DNA of 64,000 nt from a candidate division TA06 bacterium JGI_Cruoil_03_38_101 (GCA_002215665.1 NGFL01000063.1:8049-72048), one strand, 5' to 3'. Positions 48,085 to 58,633 are shown, numbered from the stretch's first letter. The notes: generated by a model not told the origin, from the letters alone. Made by a program: numbers and translations.

Positions 48085-48885
48085 TTACTCATTTTTTAAT
48101 TTTTCATCAAAGCTTCCATCTGGAAGCATCCAATCCGGATGGAATTCTCCCCTTTCTTCCATTTGATAACGAATGCAACTTTCCCAATCACCTCTACAAT
48201 ACAATTGAATCCATCTTTTATTTATCTTTCCTTCTCTGGAGAATCTATTCATAGGACATCCAGGATACCATTTACAATCCTTAAGCAATGTCTTTATCTT
48301 TCTATAATTATTTATCATTTTCTCTCGGATTGATTCGTTAAAAAGGAGAGCTGTTGGATGTTTAAGGGGGAGTATTTTCCTATTTTTGGTCAGGAAAATT
48401 CTCCCATAGAGATTTGAGGATTCTTCTTTTGTTTTTGGCAATGAAAGATTATATTTTTCAAAAATATATCTTATGGAATAATAACCCAAAGGAGCTAAAG
48501 TATCTGGATTAATTAATTCTATTTCTTTATCTAAATACTGAATGCATGTATCTATTTCATCCTTTTTTGGTTTTCTGTAATTTGGGAGTATACATTTGAC
48601 AAGATTGGTCATATAAATATCATTTCTGCTGACATTAATATCTCTGAGGAGTTCATCCAATACTTTCCCTGTGGGCCCAATGAACATCTTCCCTGCACTA
48701 TCTTCTTTCTCTCCAGGAGCTTGAGCGATTAACATAAGTTTAGCATTTAGATTCCCTTCCCCTGGAAGAGCATTTGTTCTGGTTTTATATAATCGGCATT
48801 TTTTGCATTTTCTTATTTCTTTATTTAAATCGTCAATTTCCATTTTTATATCTTTGTAAATTAAAATCTGATATAGTAAAGTCAA
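48085..48885 (-). CDS. Uracil-DNA glycosylase family 4 (4Fe-4S) with ~65-aa Cys-rich C-terminal extension (probable start at internal ATG ~48846)
   Basis: CKKC...LPGEGN...GPTG...VKCILP...DTCIQYL are family-4 UDG motifs and Cys ligands; extra C-terminal CKWYPGCP...YCRGDWESC. Confidence 0.8.
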   Translation of the reverse strand: MTLLYQILIYKDIKMEIDDLNKEIRKCKKCRLYKTRTNALPGEGNLNAKLMLIAQAPGEKEDSAGKMFIGPTGKVLDELLRDINVSRNDIYMTNLVKCILPNYRKPKKDEIDTCIQYLDKEIELINPDTLAPLGYYSIRYIFEKYNLSLPKTKEESSNLYGRIFLTKNRKILPLKHPTALLFNESIREKMINNYRKIKTLLKDCKWYPGCPMNRFSREGKINKRWIQLYCRGDWESCIRYQMEERGEFHPDWMLPDGSFDEKLKNE

Positions 48886-48984
48886 GACCCTTTCTCTATC
48901 ACTTTGGGCTTGACAAAGGTTTATAAGGAATTAAATTTATTTTCCCTGATAGAATAAAATTTACGCTAAAAGAAAGGAGGTAGA

Positions 48985-49974
48985 ATGGATGTTGATCTAC
49001 AAAGTCTAAATAGGGAAATCAAAGAAAAGAGTGCCCTTATAGAAACTCTCCTTGCAGAGATTGGTAAAAGCATTATAGGACAGCAGGAAATTATAGAAAA
49101 AATAATTATAGGGCTTCTTACAAGAAGTCATATCCTGATTGAGGGTGTCCCGGGTCTTGCTAAGACCTATATTGTTAAGACTCTTGCATCATCTGTGAAT
49201 GCTGCCTTTAAGAGGATTCAATTTACCCCGGATCTCCTGCCTGCTGATATAACAGGAACAGAGATATACAACTATCAAACTGGTTCCTTTACACCCAAAA
49301 AAGGGCCTCTTTTTGCAAACTTCGTACTCGCAGATGAGATAAACAGAGCACCTCCAAAGGTTCAAAGCGCACTTCTTGAAGCAATGCAGGAGCGCCAGGT
49401 CACTATTGGAGACACCTCTTACCCTCTTCCTGAACCTTTTATGGTCCTCGCAACCCAGAACCCCATTGAACAGGAAGGAACATATCCTCTTCCCGAAGCT
49501 CAGGTAGACCGTTTCAAACAGAAGGTTATCATTACCTATCCCAACAAAGAAGAGGAAAAACGAATCATGAAACAGCAAACCTCAGAGGAACTGCCAGTAA
49601 CAACTCCTGTAATAGATATCCAGGAATTGAACGAGCTAAGAAGTATCGTCTATCGGGTACACTCAGATGAAAAGATAAGAGACTACATTCTCGATATCGT
49701 CTTTGCTACCAGGCAACCCTCGGAGTATGGTCTCAAAGATCTTGGTGTTTATATCCGATATGGGGCATCACCAAGGGCTTCTATCTATCTTTTTGAGAGT
49801 GCACGAGCTCACGCATTTATTGAGAGGCGGGGTTTTGTCATACCTGAGGATGTAAAGGCAATGGTTTTCGATATCCTCCGTCATAGAATAATCCTCTCCT
49901 ATGAGGCTGAAGCAGAGGGTATAACCGAAGAGGATATAATAAGAGAGATAGTAGAAGCGATAGAGGTCCCCTAA
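48985..49974 (+). CDS. MoxR-family AAA+ ATPase
   Basis: 329 aa; Walker A GVPGLAKT, Walker B LADEINRA, typical MoxR length. Confidence 0.9.
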   Translation: MDVDLQSLNREIKEKSALIETLLAEIGKSIIGQQEIIEKIIIGLLTRSHILIEGVPGLAKTYIVKTLASSVNAAFKRIQFTPDLLPADITGTEIYNYQTGSFTPKKGPLFANFVLADEINRAPPKVQSALLEAMQERQVTIGDTSYPLPEPFMVLATQNPIEQEGTYPLPEAQVDRFKQKVIITYPNKEEEKRIMKQQTSEELPVTTPVIDIQELNELRSIVYRVHSDEKIRDYILDIVFATRQPSEYGLKDLGVYIRYGASPRASIYLFESARAHAFIERRGFVIPEDVKAMVFDILRHRIILSYEAEAEGITEEDIIREIVEAIEVP

Positions 49975-49981
49975 TTGCCTA

Positions 49982-50866
49982 ATGGAAGAACGGCTAAGAG
50001 AGATTCTTAAGGAGGTCAGGGAGATAGAAATCGAGTCAAAGAAGGTGGTCAATACCCTCTTTGGCGGAGAATACAAAAGTTCTTTCAAGGGGAGGGGGGT
50101 TGAATTTCACGAAGTTCGAGACTACTTTCCAGGGGATGATATAAGGACAATCGACTGGAACGTGACAGCAAGGATGAACCATCCCTTTGTAAAAAGATTC
50201 ATAGAAGAGAGGGAACTCACCATCCTTATCATTGCAGATTGTAGCGGTTCGGGTGAATTCGGAAGTAGGAAAGAACAAAAAAAGGACCTTATAGCCAGGA
50301 TATCTGCTCTCTTTTCCTTCTCTGCAATAAAGAACAACGATAAGGTTGGTCTCATACTTTTTTCAGATAAGGTTGAACATTATCTCCCTCCAAGAAAAGG
50401 AAGGGCGCATACCCTCCATCTAATCCGCGATATTCTCGTGTTTTCTCCTGAAAGTAGAGAAACCGATCCCGTTCCGGCGATGGAATTCTCTATAAACATC
50501 TTGCCCCATGGGGCAATAGTTCTTCTCGTCTCAGATTTTATTGGCAGGGGTTTTGGAGTTGAACATATAAGGATGCCTTTATCCCTTATGGCGAAGAAGT
50601 TTGACCTTATTCCACTCATCGTTCGTGATCCCTTCGAGGTGAATCCAGACCTTCCAGGAAGGATAATGCTTAAAGATGCAGAGAGCGGAGAAATCCAGAT
50701 GTTTAAAGGGAGGGAGTTGAAGGGAAAATTTATAGAAATTCGAGATGCCAGAGATGAAAAGCTGCACCGTTTGTTTAATATAAATGGTCTTGACCGTATC
50801 CATATTACCTCAGGTGAAGACTACATCGCTGCAATTCACCGTTTATTTCAGAGGAGACTTCCTTGA
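49982..50866 (+). CDS. DUF58 domain protein (MoxR-associated, VWA-like)
   Basis: 294 aa; DYFPGDDIRTIDWNVTAR...ILIIADCSGS. Confidence 0.85.
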   Translation: MEERLREILKEVREIEIESKKVVNTLFGGEYKSSFKGRGVEFHEVRDYFPGDDIRTIDWNVTARMNHPFVKRFIEERELTILIIADCSGSGEFGSRKEQKKDLIARISALFSFSAIKNNDKVGLILFSDKVEHYLPPRKGRAHTLHLIRDILVFSPESRETDPVPAMEFSINILPHGAIVLLVSDFIGRGFGVEHIRMPLSLMAKKFDLIPLIVRDPFEVNPDLPGRIMLKDAESGEIQMFKGRELKGKFIEIRDARDEKLHRLFNINGLDRIHITSGEDYIAAIHRLFQRRLP

Positions 50867-51642
50867 TTATTTTATTTCTATTTTCCACATCCATTCAGGT
50901 TACCCCTGATTCTGCAACAGTCGGGGATTCTCTCACCGCTACATTGAAAGGAGAGATTATCGATTCTATCTCCATAATCATTCCAGATTCTTTTCCAGAT
51001 ATAATAATCCTGGATAGTCTGGAGAAAGAAGGGGATAGCATTCGGAGAATCAAATTTACATCCTTTTCAACAGGGCCTCAGGATTTTCGGGTTGGAATAA
51101 GGAAGGACACTTTAACCGGGAGTTATTTCATCCAATCAGCCCTCGGTCCGAAGAATAAAGGTCTTTCACCAATTTGGGGCCCCTATGGATTCTTTAACTG
51201 GCATTATCTCTTATGGTGTCTCCTCCTCCCTATTGGGCTCTTTGGATATTGGGTCATAAGAAGAAGAAAAGGTGAAGAAGTATTTATTAAGGAGGAAGAG
51301 CTAGAGCCAGGTGAAGAGGCTTTGAAGAATCTCAAAAAACTGGAAGAGAAAGTGGATGTATGGAACTGGAATAAACTTTATACTTCACTCTCTTATACAG
51401 CAAGGCGATATATTGAAAGAAAGGCTGGAATTCCGGCTGTTGAAGCCACAACTTCAGAACTTCTAAAGCTGATAAAGAGGGGTGGAAGTAGAGTATTTTC
51501 TCCCCTTGCCTCTCGATTTCCAAACTGGGATTTAATCAAATTCGCAGATGAAAAGTCCAATCCAGAAGTTTTCAAAGAGGATATAAAATCTACACGTTCG
51601 GTTGTCAAAGAAATGGAAAAAGAAGATGATTCACTTTCATAA
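50863..51642 (+). CDS. Hypothetical membrane protein of Bat operons (DUF4381-like)
   Basis: 259 aa; single central TM (LLWCLLLPIGLFGYWVIRRRK); positional equivalent of DUF4381 between DUF58 and BatA. Confidence 0.5.
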   Translation: MIILFLFSTSIQVTPDSATVGDSLTATLKGEIIDSISIIIPDSFPDIIILDSLEKEGDSIRRIKFTSFSTGPQDFRVGIRKDTLTGSYFIQSALGPKNKGLSPIWGPYGFFNWHYLLWCLLLPIGLFGYWVIRRRKGEEVFIKEEELEPGEEALKNLKKLEEKVDVWNWNKLYTSLSYTARRYIERKAGIPAVEATTSELLKLIKRGGSRVFSPLASRFPNWDLIKFADEKSNPEVFKEDIKSTRSVVKEMEKEDDSLS

Positions 51643-52600
51643 TCCATTCTACCTTCTTGGTTTACTCCTTGTAGCCCTGCTCTATTTTTTCCTTAGGAGA
51701 AGGGAAAAACCCTCCATTCTTTACTCTGATACCTCCTGGCTTGGGATTAAGCCTTTGAATAAGTTCTATGCCAATCTAAGTGAATATTTACTCCTTATAG
51801 TTTTGGCGTTTATTTTTCTTGCTCTCACCCGTCCACAGAGGGGTTATGAATCGGAGATTATTGAAAAGAAAGGCATAGATATTGTTCTCACCCTTGATGT
51901 ATCGGGCTCTATGAGGGCAGTGGATTTCAAGCCAAATAATAGATTAACAGTCGCAAAAAAACTGGCTTCTGAGTTTGTTCAGAAGAGAGCCGGGGATCGG
52001 ATCGGTCTGGTTGCATATGCGAGGGAGGCTTTAATTCAATCACCTCTCACTCTGGATCATAAGGTGGTGAAGGATCTCATTGAGAGCCTTGATTTTGGTA
52101 TGCTTGAAGATGGCACAGCAATAGGAATGGGTATTTCCTTTGGAACTTTTCTTTTTTCAAATTCCACGTCTAATAATAAGGTAATGATCCTCCTCACAGA
52201 TGGAATAAACAACGCAGGAAAGATTGACCCTGAAACTGCAGCAAAAAATGCCAGGGATGCCGGTATAAAGATTTATGCTATAGGCATTGGCAAGAGAGGT
52301 GAAGTTCCTTACCCTGTTAGGATCGGGATTGGAGGCACTCGTTATGTAATGACTAATTTTGAAATCAATGAGGAGGGGCTTCGAAAGATAGCGAATGAGA
52401 CCGGAGGGGAATACTTTCGTGCTACATCGCCCGAGGCTCTAAAAAATGTTTACCAGAGGATAGGTAAGATGGAAAAGACAACATTTAAAGTTGAAAGGAT
52501 TGTAAAATATAAGGAAAGAGTGGATTATGTTTTTATTTCTGCCATTCTTTTATTCCTGATCTTCTTCACCGACCCGATAGTGAGCAGGAAGATACCATGA
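51602..52600 (+). CDS. batA: VWA domain-containing protein BatA
   Basis: 332 aa; N-terminal TM pair, MIDAS DVSGSM, VWA fold. Confidence 0.8.
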   Translation: MSKKWKKKMIHFHNPFYLLGLLLVALLYFFLRRREKPSILYSDTSWLGIKPLNKFYANLSEYLLLIVLAFIFLALTRPQRGYESEIIEKKGIDIVLTLDVSGSMRAVDFKPNNRLTVAKKLASEFVQKRAGDRIGLVAYAREALIQSPLTLDHKVVKDLIESLDFGMLEDGTAIGMGISFGTFLFSNSTSNNKVMILLTDGINNAGKIDPETAAKNARDAGIKIYAIGIGKRGEVPYPVRIGIGGTRYVMTNFEINEEGLRKIANETGGEYFRATSPEALKNVYQRIGKMEKTTFKVERIVKYKERVDYVFISAILLFLIFFTDPIVSRKIP

Positions 52601-53586
52601 ACTGGGCAAGACCAATTTTCCTCCAATTTCTTTGGTTTGTTCCATTAGCAATATTCTTTATATTTTACAGGAGGCAAAGAAATAAAAAATTACTTAAGAA
52701 AATTGCAGATTTAAAGCTCCAAAAGGTTATTTGGAAGCAGGATATAAGGAAGTCAGGATTGAGAGAAGGCCTAATCGTCCTTTCATTTATTTTTCTTATT
52801 TTAGCATCTGGAAGACCAAGGTGGGGAAGGGAGATATCTATTACCCAGGCTAAGGGCTATAATATCGTTTTCGCTCTTGATGCTTCATCCAGTATGCTTG
52901 CAGAAGATGTTCAACCAAATAGGCTCCAGAAAGCTAAGGAGTCCATAAAGGTTGCTATAAGTCAACTTCCCGGAAGTCGTTTTGGACTCGTCGCTTTTTC
53001 TGGAGAAGCTTATAAACTCTGTCCCCTGACGACGGATAGGAATTCCTTTAAACTTTTTATCGATTTAGTTGAACCCAATCTCATACCATCGGAGGGAACC
53101 GATATTGGAGCGTCCATAAGAAAATCTACTGAACTCTTTTCAGATAAGATGAGTGGATCCAAGATAATAATCCTTGTAACTGATGGAGAGAATACAAGAG
53201 GAGATCCAAGGGTGGATGTTCTTAATGCACGTAAAGAGAGGATAAAGGTCTTCACAATATCAGCAGGAACAAAGGAAGGGGCTCCAATTCCCCGTTTTGA
53301 CTCTACAGGGAAATTTGTAGAGTACTTAAAAGAGGATAATGAAAAGACCCATATCTCTATTGTGAATGAGGATCTTTTGAAGAGTATTGCAGATGCAGGT
53401 GATGGAGCTTTCCTCCAGGGAGAAGGCGTTGAAATGGGTCTCCTTATAAGGTTATTCAAAGGGTTAAAAAGGGGTGAATTTTCCAGGGAGAAGGTTGAAC
53501 ATTACAAGGAAAAATATATATTTTTCCTGATACCATCACTTATCTTTCTCATTTCTGGAATACTAATAGAGACAGGAAAGAGATGA
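52597..53586 (+). CDS. batB: VWA domain-containing protein BatB
   Basis: 329 aa; N-terminal TMs, MIDAS DASSSM, C-terminal TM. Confidence 0.8.
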   Translation: MNWARPIFLQFLWFVPLAIFFIFYRRQRNKKLLKKIADLKLQKVIWKQDIRKSGLREGLIVLSFIFLILASGRPRWGREISITQAKGYNIVFALDASSSMLAEDVQPNRLQKAKESIKVAISQLPGSRFGLVAFSGEAYKLCPLTTDRNSFKLFIDLVEPNLIPSEGTDIGASIRKSTELFSDKMSGSKIIILVTDGENTRGDPRVDVLNARKERIKVFTISAGTKEGAPIPRFDSTGKFVEYLKEDNEKTHISIVNEDLLKSIADAGDGAFLQGEGVEMGLLIRLFKGLKRGEFSREKVEHYKEKYIFFLIPSLIFLISGILIETGKR

Positions 53587-54152
53587 TTATACTTTTGTTG
53601 CTTATATCCTTAAATATTTCGCCAATTGTAAACAAGGCTAACAAGTTATATGAGAAAGAGAAATACGAAGAGGCTTACGAACTTTATAAAAGGGCTTCTA
53701 TCCTGGATCCCGAGAATAAGAAGATAAAGTTTAACTTGGCCGATTGTGCTTATAAGTTGAAACGATTTAGAGAAAGTGCTGATGGATTCGTAAGGCTTTC
53801 TGGAGCAAAGGATGAAACTCTGAAAGAGAAAAGTTTTTATAACCTCGGAAATACATTTATGGGTGTAAAGCAATATGAAGAGGCGATCTCCGCTTATAAA
53901 AAAGCTCTCCTTCTCAACCCAAATGATACCAGGGCAAAGAGAAATCTGGAAATTGCAAAGTTGATGTCAAAGAATCAAAAAAAAGAAAATAAGGAAGAAA
54001 AGAAGAACAAAAAAGAAAAGAAGAAACAGGAACAAAAGCTGCAGCCACAAAGCCGCAATATAAACGAAGCTTTAAAGAATGAACAGAAGGAAACAATGAA
54101 AAAGGCTTTGAAAAAAAGAGGGGGCAGGAGAAAGGTAGCAGGGAAATGGTGA
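53583..54152 (+). CDS. batC: TPR-repeat protein BatC with Lys/Glu-rich tail
   Basis: 189 aa; three TPR-like repeats; low-complexity K/E-rich C-terminus. Confidence 0.65.
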   Translation: MIILLLLISLNISPIVNKANKLYEKEKYEEAYELYKRASILDPENKKIKFNLADCAYKLKRFRESADGFVRLSGAKDETLKEKSFYNLGNTFMGVKQYEEAISAYKKALLLNPNDTRAKRNLEIAKLMSKNQKKENKEEKKNKKEKKKQEQKLQPQSRNINEALKNEQKETMKKALKKRGGRRKVAGKW

Positions 54153-55831
54153 TAATCTTTTTACTTTCCCTTACTTTTACTGCATCTCTTGATAGAATAG
54201 TCGTTTCTGTAGGGGAGTCCTTTTTGGTGTCTGTGAGTGTCAGCGGGGAGGATCTTTCTGGAGTGGGAGAGCCCTCACCCCCATCAATGGACAAGGTTGA
54301 TATCATTGGAACGTCCAGTTCGCACTCAACTCAGATTCAAGTTATTAATGGAAAGATAACAAGATCAACATCTTTAAACTATGAGTATCAAATGGTCGCT
54401 TTAGATGAGGGGGAATTCACAATTCCTTCCTTTAACCTGGAGTATAAGGGAAAGAAATATTCCACAGAACCTATAAAGATTACTGTAAAGAAAACCACAA
54501 CTAAAACTTCGATACCAGAGGTACAAAGGGAAACCCGGGGCACCGAGAAGGAAAGTTCAAAGAAAGTATTCCTTGAGTGCAACATATCTAAAAATTCTGT
54601 ATATTTAGGAGAGCCTGTAGTCGTCAGCTATTATCTTTACACGAGGGTAAACCTTACCGATGTAAGTCTAAGGAGTCTTCCAGGTTATAAAGGAGTTTGG
54701 GTTGAAAACATTTCATCCCCTCAAAGGTTAAATTTCGAGCAAACTCTTCTAAATGGTATTACTTATTCCAAGGCTTTAATAAAAAAGGATCTTATATTTC
54801 CCCTTAAAAAGGAGAGAATAAGGATTGAGCCTCTAACGATGCAGATTACCTTTGGAGGAGATATATTTTCCCTCTTCGGGGAAACAAAAATAATATCCAC
54901 ACAGCCTAAAATCATAAATGTTAAATCATTTCCAAAAGCCCAGGTTCAGGGATTCATCGATGCAGTAGGAAAATTTAGTCTCTCTGCAGAGCTGGATACC
55001 TCCGAGAGTGAAGTAGGAACACCATTTCCCTTGAAGATAAAAATAAAGGGTGAAGGGAATCTTAGTTTCTTATCCCCCCTTAAACTTCCAGAAATAAGAA
55101 AGTTGAAAGCTTTTAAGCCTGAGTCCAAAGGGAATACAGAGGTAAAGGAAAATACAATCAAGGGGGAGCGCATAATTACCTACCTCCTTGCACCTGAGGA
55201 AGCAGGGGTCATCCAGATTCCACAGATAAACTGGGCTTATTTTGATCCAGAAAGAGAGGTCTTTGTAAGAAAGAGTATAGGTCCCTGGATTATAAGGGTA
55301 AATCCTGCGATGAAAAAAGAGAAGGTAGAAAAGAGTAGAAGTGAAGATATTGCCTACATCAAGCCTGTTGGCAATAAATTTGTTCCTCTTATTCCACGAT
55401 TCTTTCCTCTTTACCTTTTTCTCCCAACTATCATCCTTGCACTATCAGGATATTATGTCTGGGAAAGGAAAAAGATCCTGGGAGATAGCGGATACGCCAG
55501 AATCAAATCTATACCGGCCGAACTCAAGAGAGGTTTTCAGAATCTAAAGAGGGAAGTTGAAGAAAATAGAGTAGAATTTTTCTATGAGGAATTGACCCGA
55601 CTTCTCCTGAAGTTCCTTAAATTGAGGTTCGATATAAATACATTTAGTATGAAAAGAGATGAATTACTTGGAGAATTACAGAATGAGAATGTATCAGATG
55701 AGGTTCTTCCCTGGATACAACAAATACTGCAGAAGAGCGAAGAAGTTCGTTTTGCATCCGTTTTCCCAGATAAGGAAGAGATGCAAGAGGATTTAAGGAG
55801 ATTAGAGGAGATAATTCGTGTTCTACATTAG
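54146..55831 (+). CDS. batD: BatD-like protein
   Basis: 561 aa; N-terminal signal, beta-rich ectodomain, C-terminal TM (FFPLYLFLPTIILALSGYYVW) plus cytoplasmic tail; position after BatC. Confidence 0.6.
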   Translation: MVIIFLLSLTFTASLDRIVVSVGESFLVSVSVSGEDLSGVGEPSPPSMDKVDIIGTSSSHSTQIQVINGKITRSTSLNYEYQMVALDEGEFTIPSFNLEYKGKKYSTEPIKITVKKTTTKTSIPEVQRETRGTEKESSKKVFLECNISKNSVYLGEPVVVSYYLYTRVNLTDVSLRSLPGYKGVWVENISSPQRLNFEQTLLNGITYSKALIKKDLIFPLKKERIRIEPLTMQITFGGDIFSLFGETKIISTQPKIINVKSFPKAQVQGFIDAVGKFSLSAELDTSESEVGTPFPLKIKIKGEGNLSFLSPLKLPEIRKLKAFKPESKGNTEVKENTIKGERIITYLLAPEEAGVIQIPQINWAYFDPEREVFVRKSIGPWIIRVNPAMKKEKVEKSRSEDIAYIKPVGNKFVPLIPRFFPLYLFLPTIILALSGYYVWERKKILGDSGYARIKSIPAELKRGFQNLKREVEENRVEFFYEELTRLLLKFLKLRFDINTFSMKRDELLGELQNENVSDEVLPWIQQILQKSEEVRFASVFPDKEEMQEDLRRLEEIIRVLH

Positions 55832-56540
55832 CCTTTTTCTTTTATTTTTTTCTACATCTAAATCTGAAGAATATTACAAGAATGGTTTATATGGAGAGGC
55901 ATTAAAAGAATATACTCAATATCTAAAGGAGGGTATTTCCAATCCTGAGTTATATCTGAATATTGGCAATTGTTATTACAGGATGGATAAGTTTGGGGAA
56001 AGTCTTCTTAACTACAGAAGAGGTTGGTTCTTATCCCCTAACGATCCCAATATCCGCCATAATATTTCACTCTTCAGGGAACAAAAAGAAAGTCCCAATC
56101 CTTTCATCTCATTTACCTCTGGTGTGATTGATCGAATCTCCCTGAGGGATTTTTCCTATCTACTAATCTTTTCCTTTACAATCCTTATTATCATTGGGTC
56201 TATTAGAATGATTCAATCGGTTAGGCCCATTAGATTCCCCACCACTCCCCTCTTTTTTATTATTGGAATAATATTCATTTTCTCCCTGAGTGGCTTTTCG
56301 ATCTGGCAGGGAAGAGTTCAATCCAACTGGGTCGTTTTTACTGAGTCGACAATTGCCCATAGTGGACCTGGAGATCAATTTAAGGATCTTATGACTGTAG
56401 ATGAAGCAGAGGAGGGATCCCTTATCAGAGAGGATGGTGGTTGGTGGCTTATCCAACTCTATTCTGGAGAGGGTGGTTGGGTGGATAGCTCTAGTGTCTC
56501 CCTCGTTTTAAAAGGCACTGAGGGTCTAAGGAGATATTGA
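55818..56540 (+). CDS. batE: BatE-like protein (TPR + TM + SH3b domain)
   Basis: 240 aa; N-terminal TPR, central TMs, C-terminal SH3-like domain (GWWLIQLYSGEGGWVDSSSV). Confidence 0.6.
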   Translation: MFYISLFLLFFSTSKSEEYYKNGLYGEALKEYTQYLKEGISNPELYLNIGNCYYRMDKFGESLLNYRRGWFLSPNDPNIRHNISLFREQKESPNPFISFTSGVIDRISLRDFSYLLIFSFTILIIIGSIRMIQSVRPIRFPTTPLFFIIGIIFIFSLSGFSIWQGRVQSNWVVFTESTIAHSGPGDQFKDLMTVDEAEEGSLIREDGGWWLIQLYSGEGGWVDSSSVSLVLKGTEGLRRY

Positions 56541-56585
56541 CATCCGATAGAGATATACTTAAAATAAATAAAAAGGAGGTAATTT

Positions 56586-57149
56586 ATGGAGAAATTTTTA
56601 TATGGTTTAATATTTCCATTAATTTTTCTAAACTGTGGTGGAAAAAGTGAAGGAAATAAAAAAGTAAAATCAACAAAAGCGGAGTACGCCGAAATAGAGA
56701 TAAATTCCCCTGCGTTTAAAGAAGGAGAAATCATCCCTATAAAATATACATGTGATGGTGAGAATATTTCTCCTGAGATTAAATTTGGAGAAGTCCCTTC
56801 TGGCGTGAAATCTCTTGCCCTGATATGTGACGATCCCGATGCTCCTGCGAAAACTTGGGTTCACTGGGTAATCTTTAATATTCCGCCAGATTTAGAAAAA
56901 TTGCCTGAAGGAATAGAACCAGAAAAGACGCTTGAGAATGGAGCTAACCAGGGTATAAATGATTCCAGGAATATTGGTTATTGTGGACCTTGTCCTCCCT
57001 CGGGTTCTGCTCATCATTATCACTTCAAAATTTACGGATTGGATGAAAAAATCGATGCACCTCCAGGGATCACAAAGAAAGAATTATTAAATAAGATGGA
57101 AGGGCATATTAAGGCAAAGGGAGAACTCATCGGATTGTATAAGAGATAA
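56586..57149 (+). CDS. YbhB/YbcL (PEBP/Raf kinase inhibitor-like) family lipoprotein
   Basis: 187 aa; lipobox FLNCGG; PEBP motifs DPDAP...HW and [23 protein letters not shown]. Confidence 0.8.
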   Translation: MEKFLYGLIFPLIFLNCGGKSEGNKKVKSTKAEYAEIEINSPAFKEGEIIPIKYTCDGENISPEIKFGEVPSGVKSLALICDDPDAPAKTWVHWVIFNIPPDLEKLPEGIEPEKTLENGANQGINDSRNIGYCGPCPPSGSAHHYHFKIYGLDEKIDAPPGITKKELLNKMEGHIKAKGELIGLYKR

Positions 57150-57234
57150 TGGACAGGTTCCAGACGAAACTTTTTCGGTTCAAAAACTCTTGACATAGAA
57201 AAAAAATTTATTATTCTTTGTCTCAAAAGGAGGA

Positions 57235-57744
57235 TTGATGAATAGAGGGTTATTACGGATTTTTGACATCTTAATAGTGATTGCTTTTATTGCTTTATTA
57301 TATATTCTGATTGAGCCTCAGTACAAAATGGCAAAAATATCAACAAAGAGAAGAAAACTCCAGGCCAATATGTTCACTGTAAAGGCTGGAATTGAAAGAT
57401 ATATATCCTTTCATAGGGGGAAATATCCCACCAACTCCCAGCAGATTTATGAGAATCTGGCAGAATTGGTAATTCCTGTTAATCCATATACAAACGAGAA
57501 AATAGAAGTTTCTGATCTTGTACAATTTAAATACGATCTCCCCATCTATGTAAAGGATAGATCCTTGGACGGAGTAAATGGAAAACAGACTGGCAAACCC
57601 GGTCAGATAGGCGTTGGTTTTTTTATCCCCATAGGGGAAGATTCTATTCCTACGAAATACGGCATTATAGGATTTGATGAGAATGGGAAATCCCTCGTAA
57701 TCAAAGAGGGGGATAAAAAAAGAGTTGTTGTATTGATCGAATAA
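57235..57744 (+). CDS. Hypothetical protein with pilin-like N-terminal helix (non-canonical prepilin signal)
   Basis: 169 aa; MMNRGLLRIFDILIVIAFIALLYILIEPQYKMA resembles the type IV pilin N-terminal helix (...AIAIPQYQ...) but lacks the canonical G/F/E5 processing motif. Confidence 0.4.
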   Translation: MMNRGLLRIFDILIVIAFIALLYILIEPQYKMAKISTKRRKLQANMFTVKAGIERYISFHRGKYPTNSQQIYENLAELVIPVNPYTNEKIEVSDLVQFKYDLPIYVKDRSLDGVNGKQTGKPGQIGVGFFIPIGEDSIPTKYGIIGFDENGKSLVIKEGDKKRVVVLIE

Positions 57745-57754
57745 ATCTTAGTTC

Positions 57755-58633
57755 TTGGAACTCTTAAAACCCGAAGTAATAGAAAAAATAGGATCCCTTA
57801 ATCTAAGGGCAAAAATAATTGTTGAAGGTTTCTTTGCTGGCTTACACCAGAGTCCCTTCCATGGATTTTCTCTTGAATTCCAAGAGCACCGTCCATATTA
57901 TCCTGGAGACCCTATTAATAAGATTGACTGGAAACTCTACGGACGGACCGATAGATATTATCTTAAAAAATATCAGGCTGAAACAAATCTCTCTGCATAT
58001 CTCCTTATAGACAAGAGTAACTCAATGGGATTTGGAGATAAAATAACAAAGTTCCATTATGCACGAACCCTTGCAGCAAGTCTTGCCTATTTACTTCTGC
58101 ACCAGAACGATTCAGTTGGGCTTGTTCTGTTTGATTCAGACATAGAGGTATTCATTCCCTCTAAGAGTCGACTCACCCATCTTAAACTCCTGCTCAAAAC
58201 ACTTACTAAATCAGAACCTTCAGAAAAAACTTCGATCACCAACGCGGCAATTAACCTTGCTTCTCTTATAAGGAAAAGAAATCTCATTATAGTACTATCA
58301 GATCTCTTAGAAGACCCGGAGGAAGTGATAAGGGCCTTAAAGCTTCTAAAGGCGAGAAAAAATGAGGTTATTGTATTCCATATTCTCGATCCAGATGAAC
58401 TGAATTTTGAATTCGGGAAAGAATCTCTCTTTAGGGATATGGAGGACGGAAGCAAAATCCCGGTTAACCCACAGAATGTCAGGGAATTATACGAGGAAAG
58501 GTTCAATCGATTCCTTGCAAGATATAGGTTGGGCTTTGCATCCAATCGAATTGATTATTCCCTGATATCAACAGTTACACCCTATTATAAAGCCCTATCA
58601 GAGTATCTCATAAAGAGAGAACGAATGTTATGA
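57755..58633 (+). CDS. DUF58 domain protein (second copy, no adjacent MoxR)
   Basis: 292 aa; GFSLEFQEHRPYYPGDPINKIDWKLYGRTDRYYLKKY...LLIDKSNSM. Confidence 0.8.
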   Translation: MELLKPEVIEKIGSLNLRAKIIVEGFFAGLHQSPFHGFSLEFQEHRPYYPGDPINKIDWKLYGRTDRYYLKKYQAETNLSAYLLIDKSNSMGFGDKITKFHYARTLAASLAYLLLHQNDSVGLVLFDSDIEVFIPSKSRLTHLKLLLKTLTKSEPSEKTSITNAAINLASLIRKRNLIIVLSDLLEDPEEVIRALKLLKARKNEVIVFHILDPDELNFEFGKESLFRDMEDGSKIPVNPQNVRELYEERFNRFLARYRLGFASNRIDYSLISTVTPYYKALSEYLIKRERML

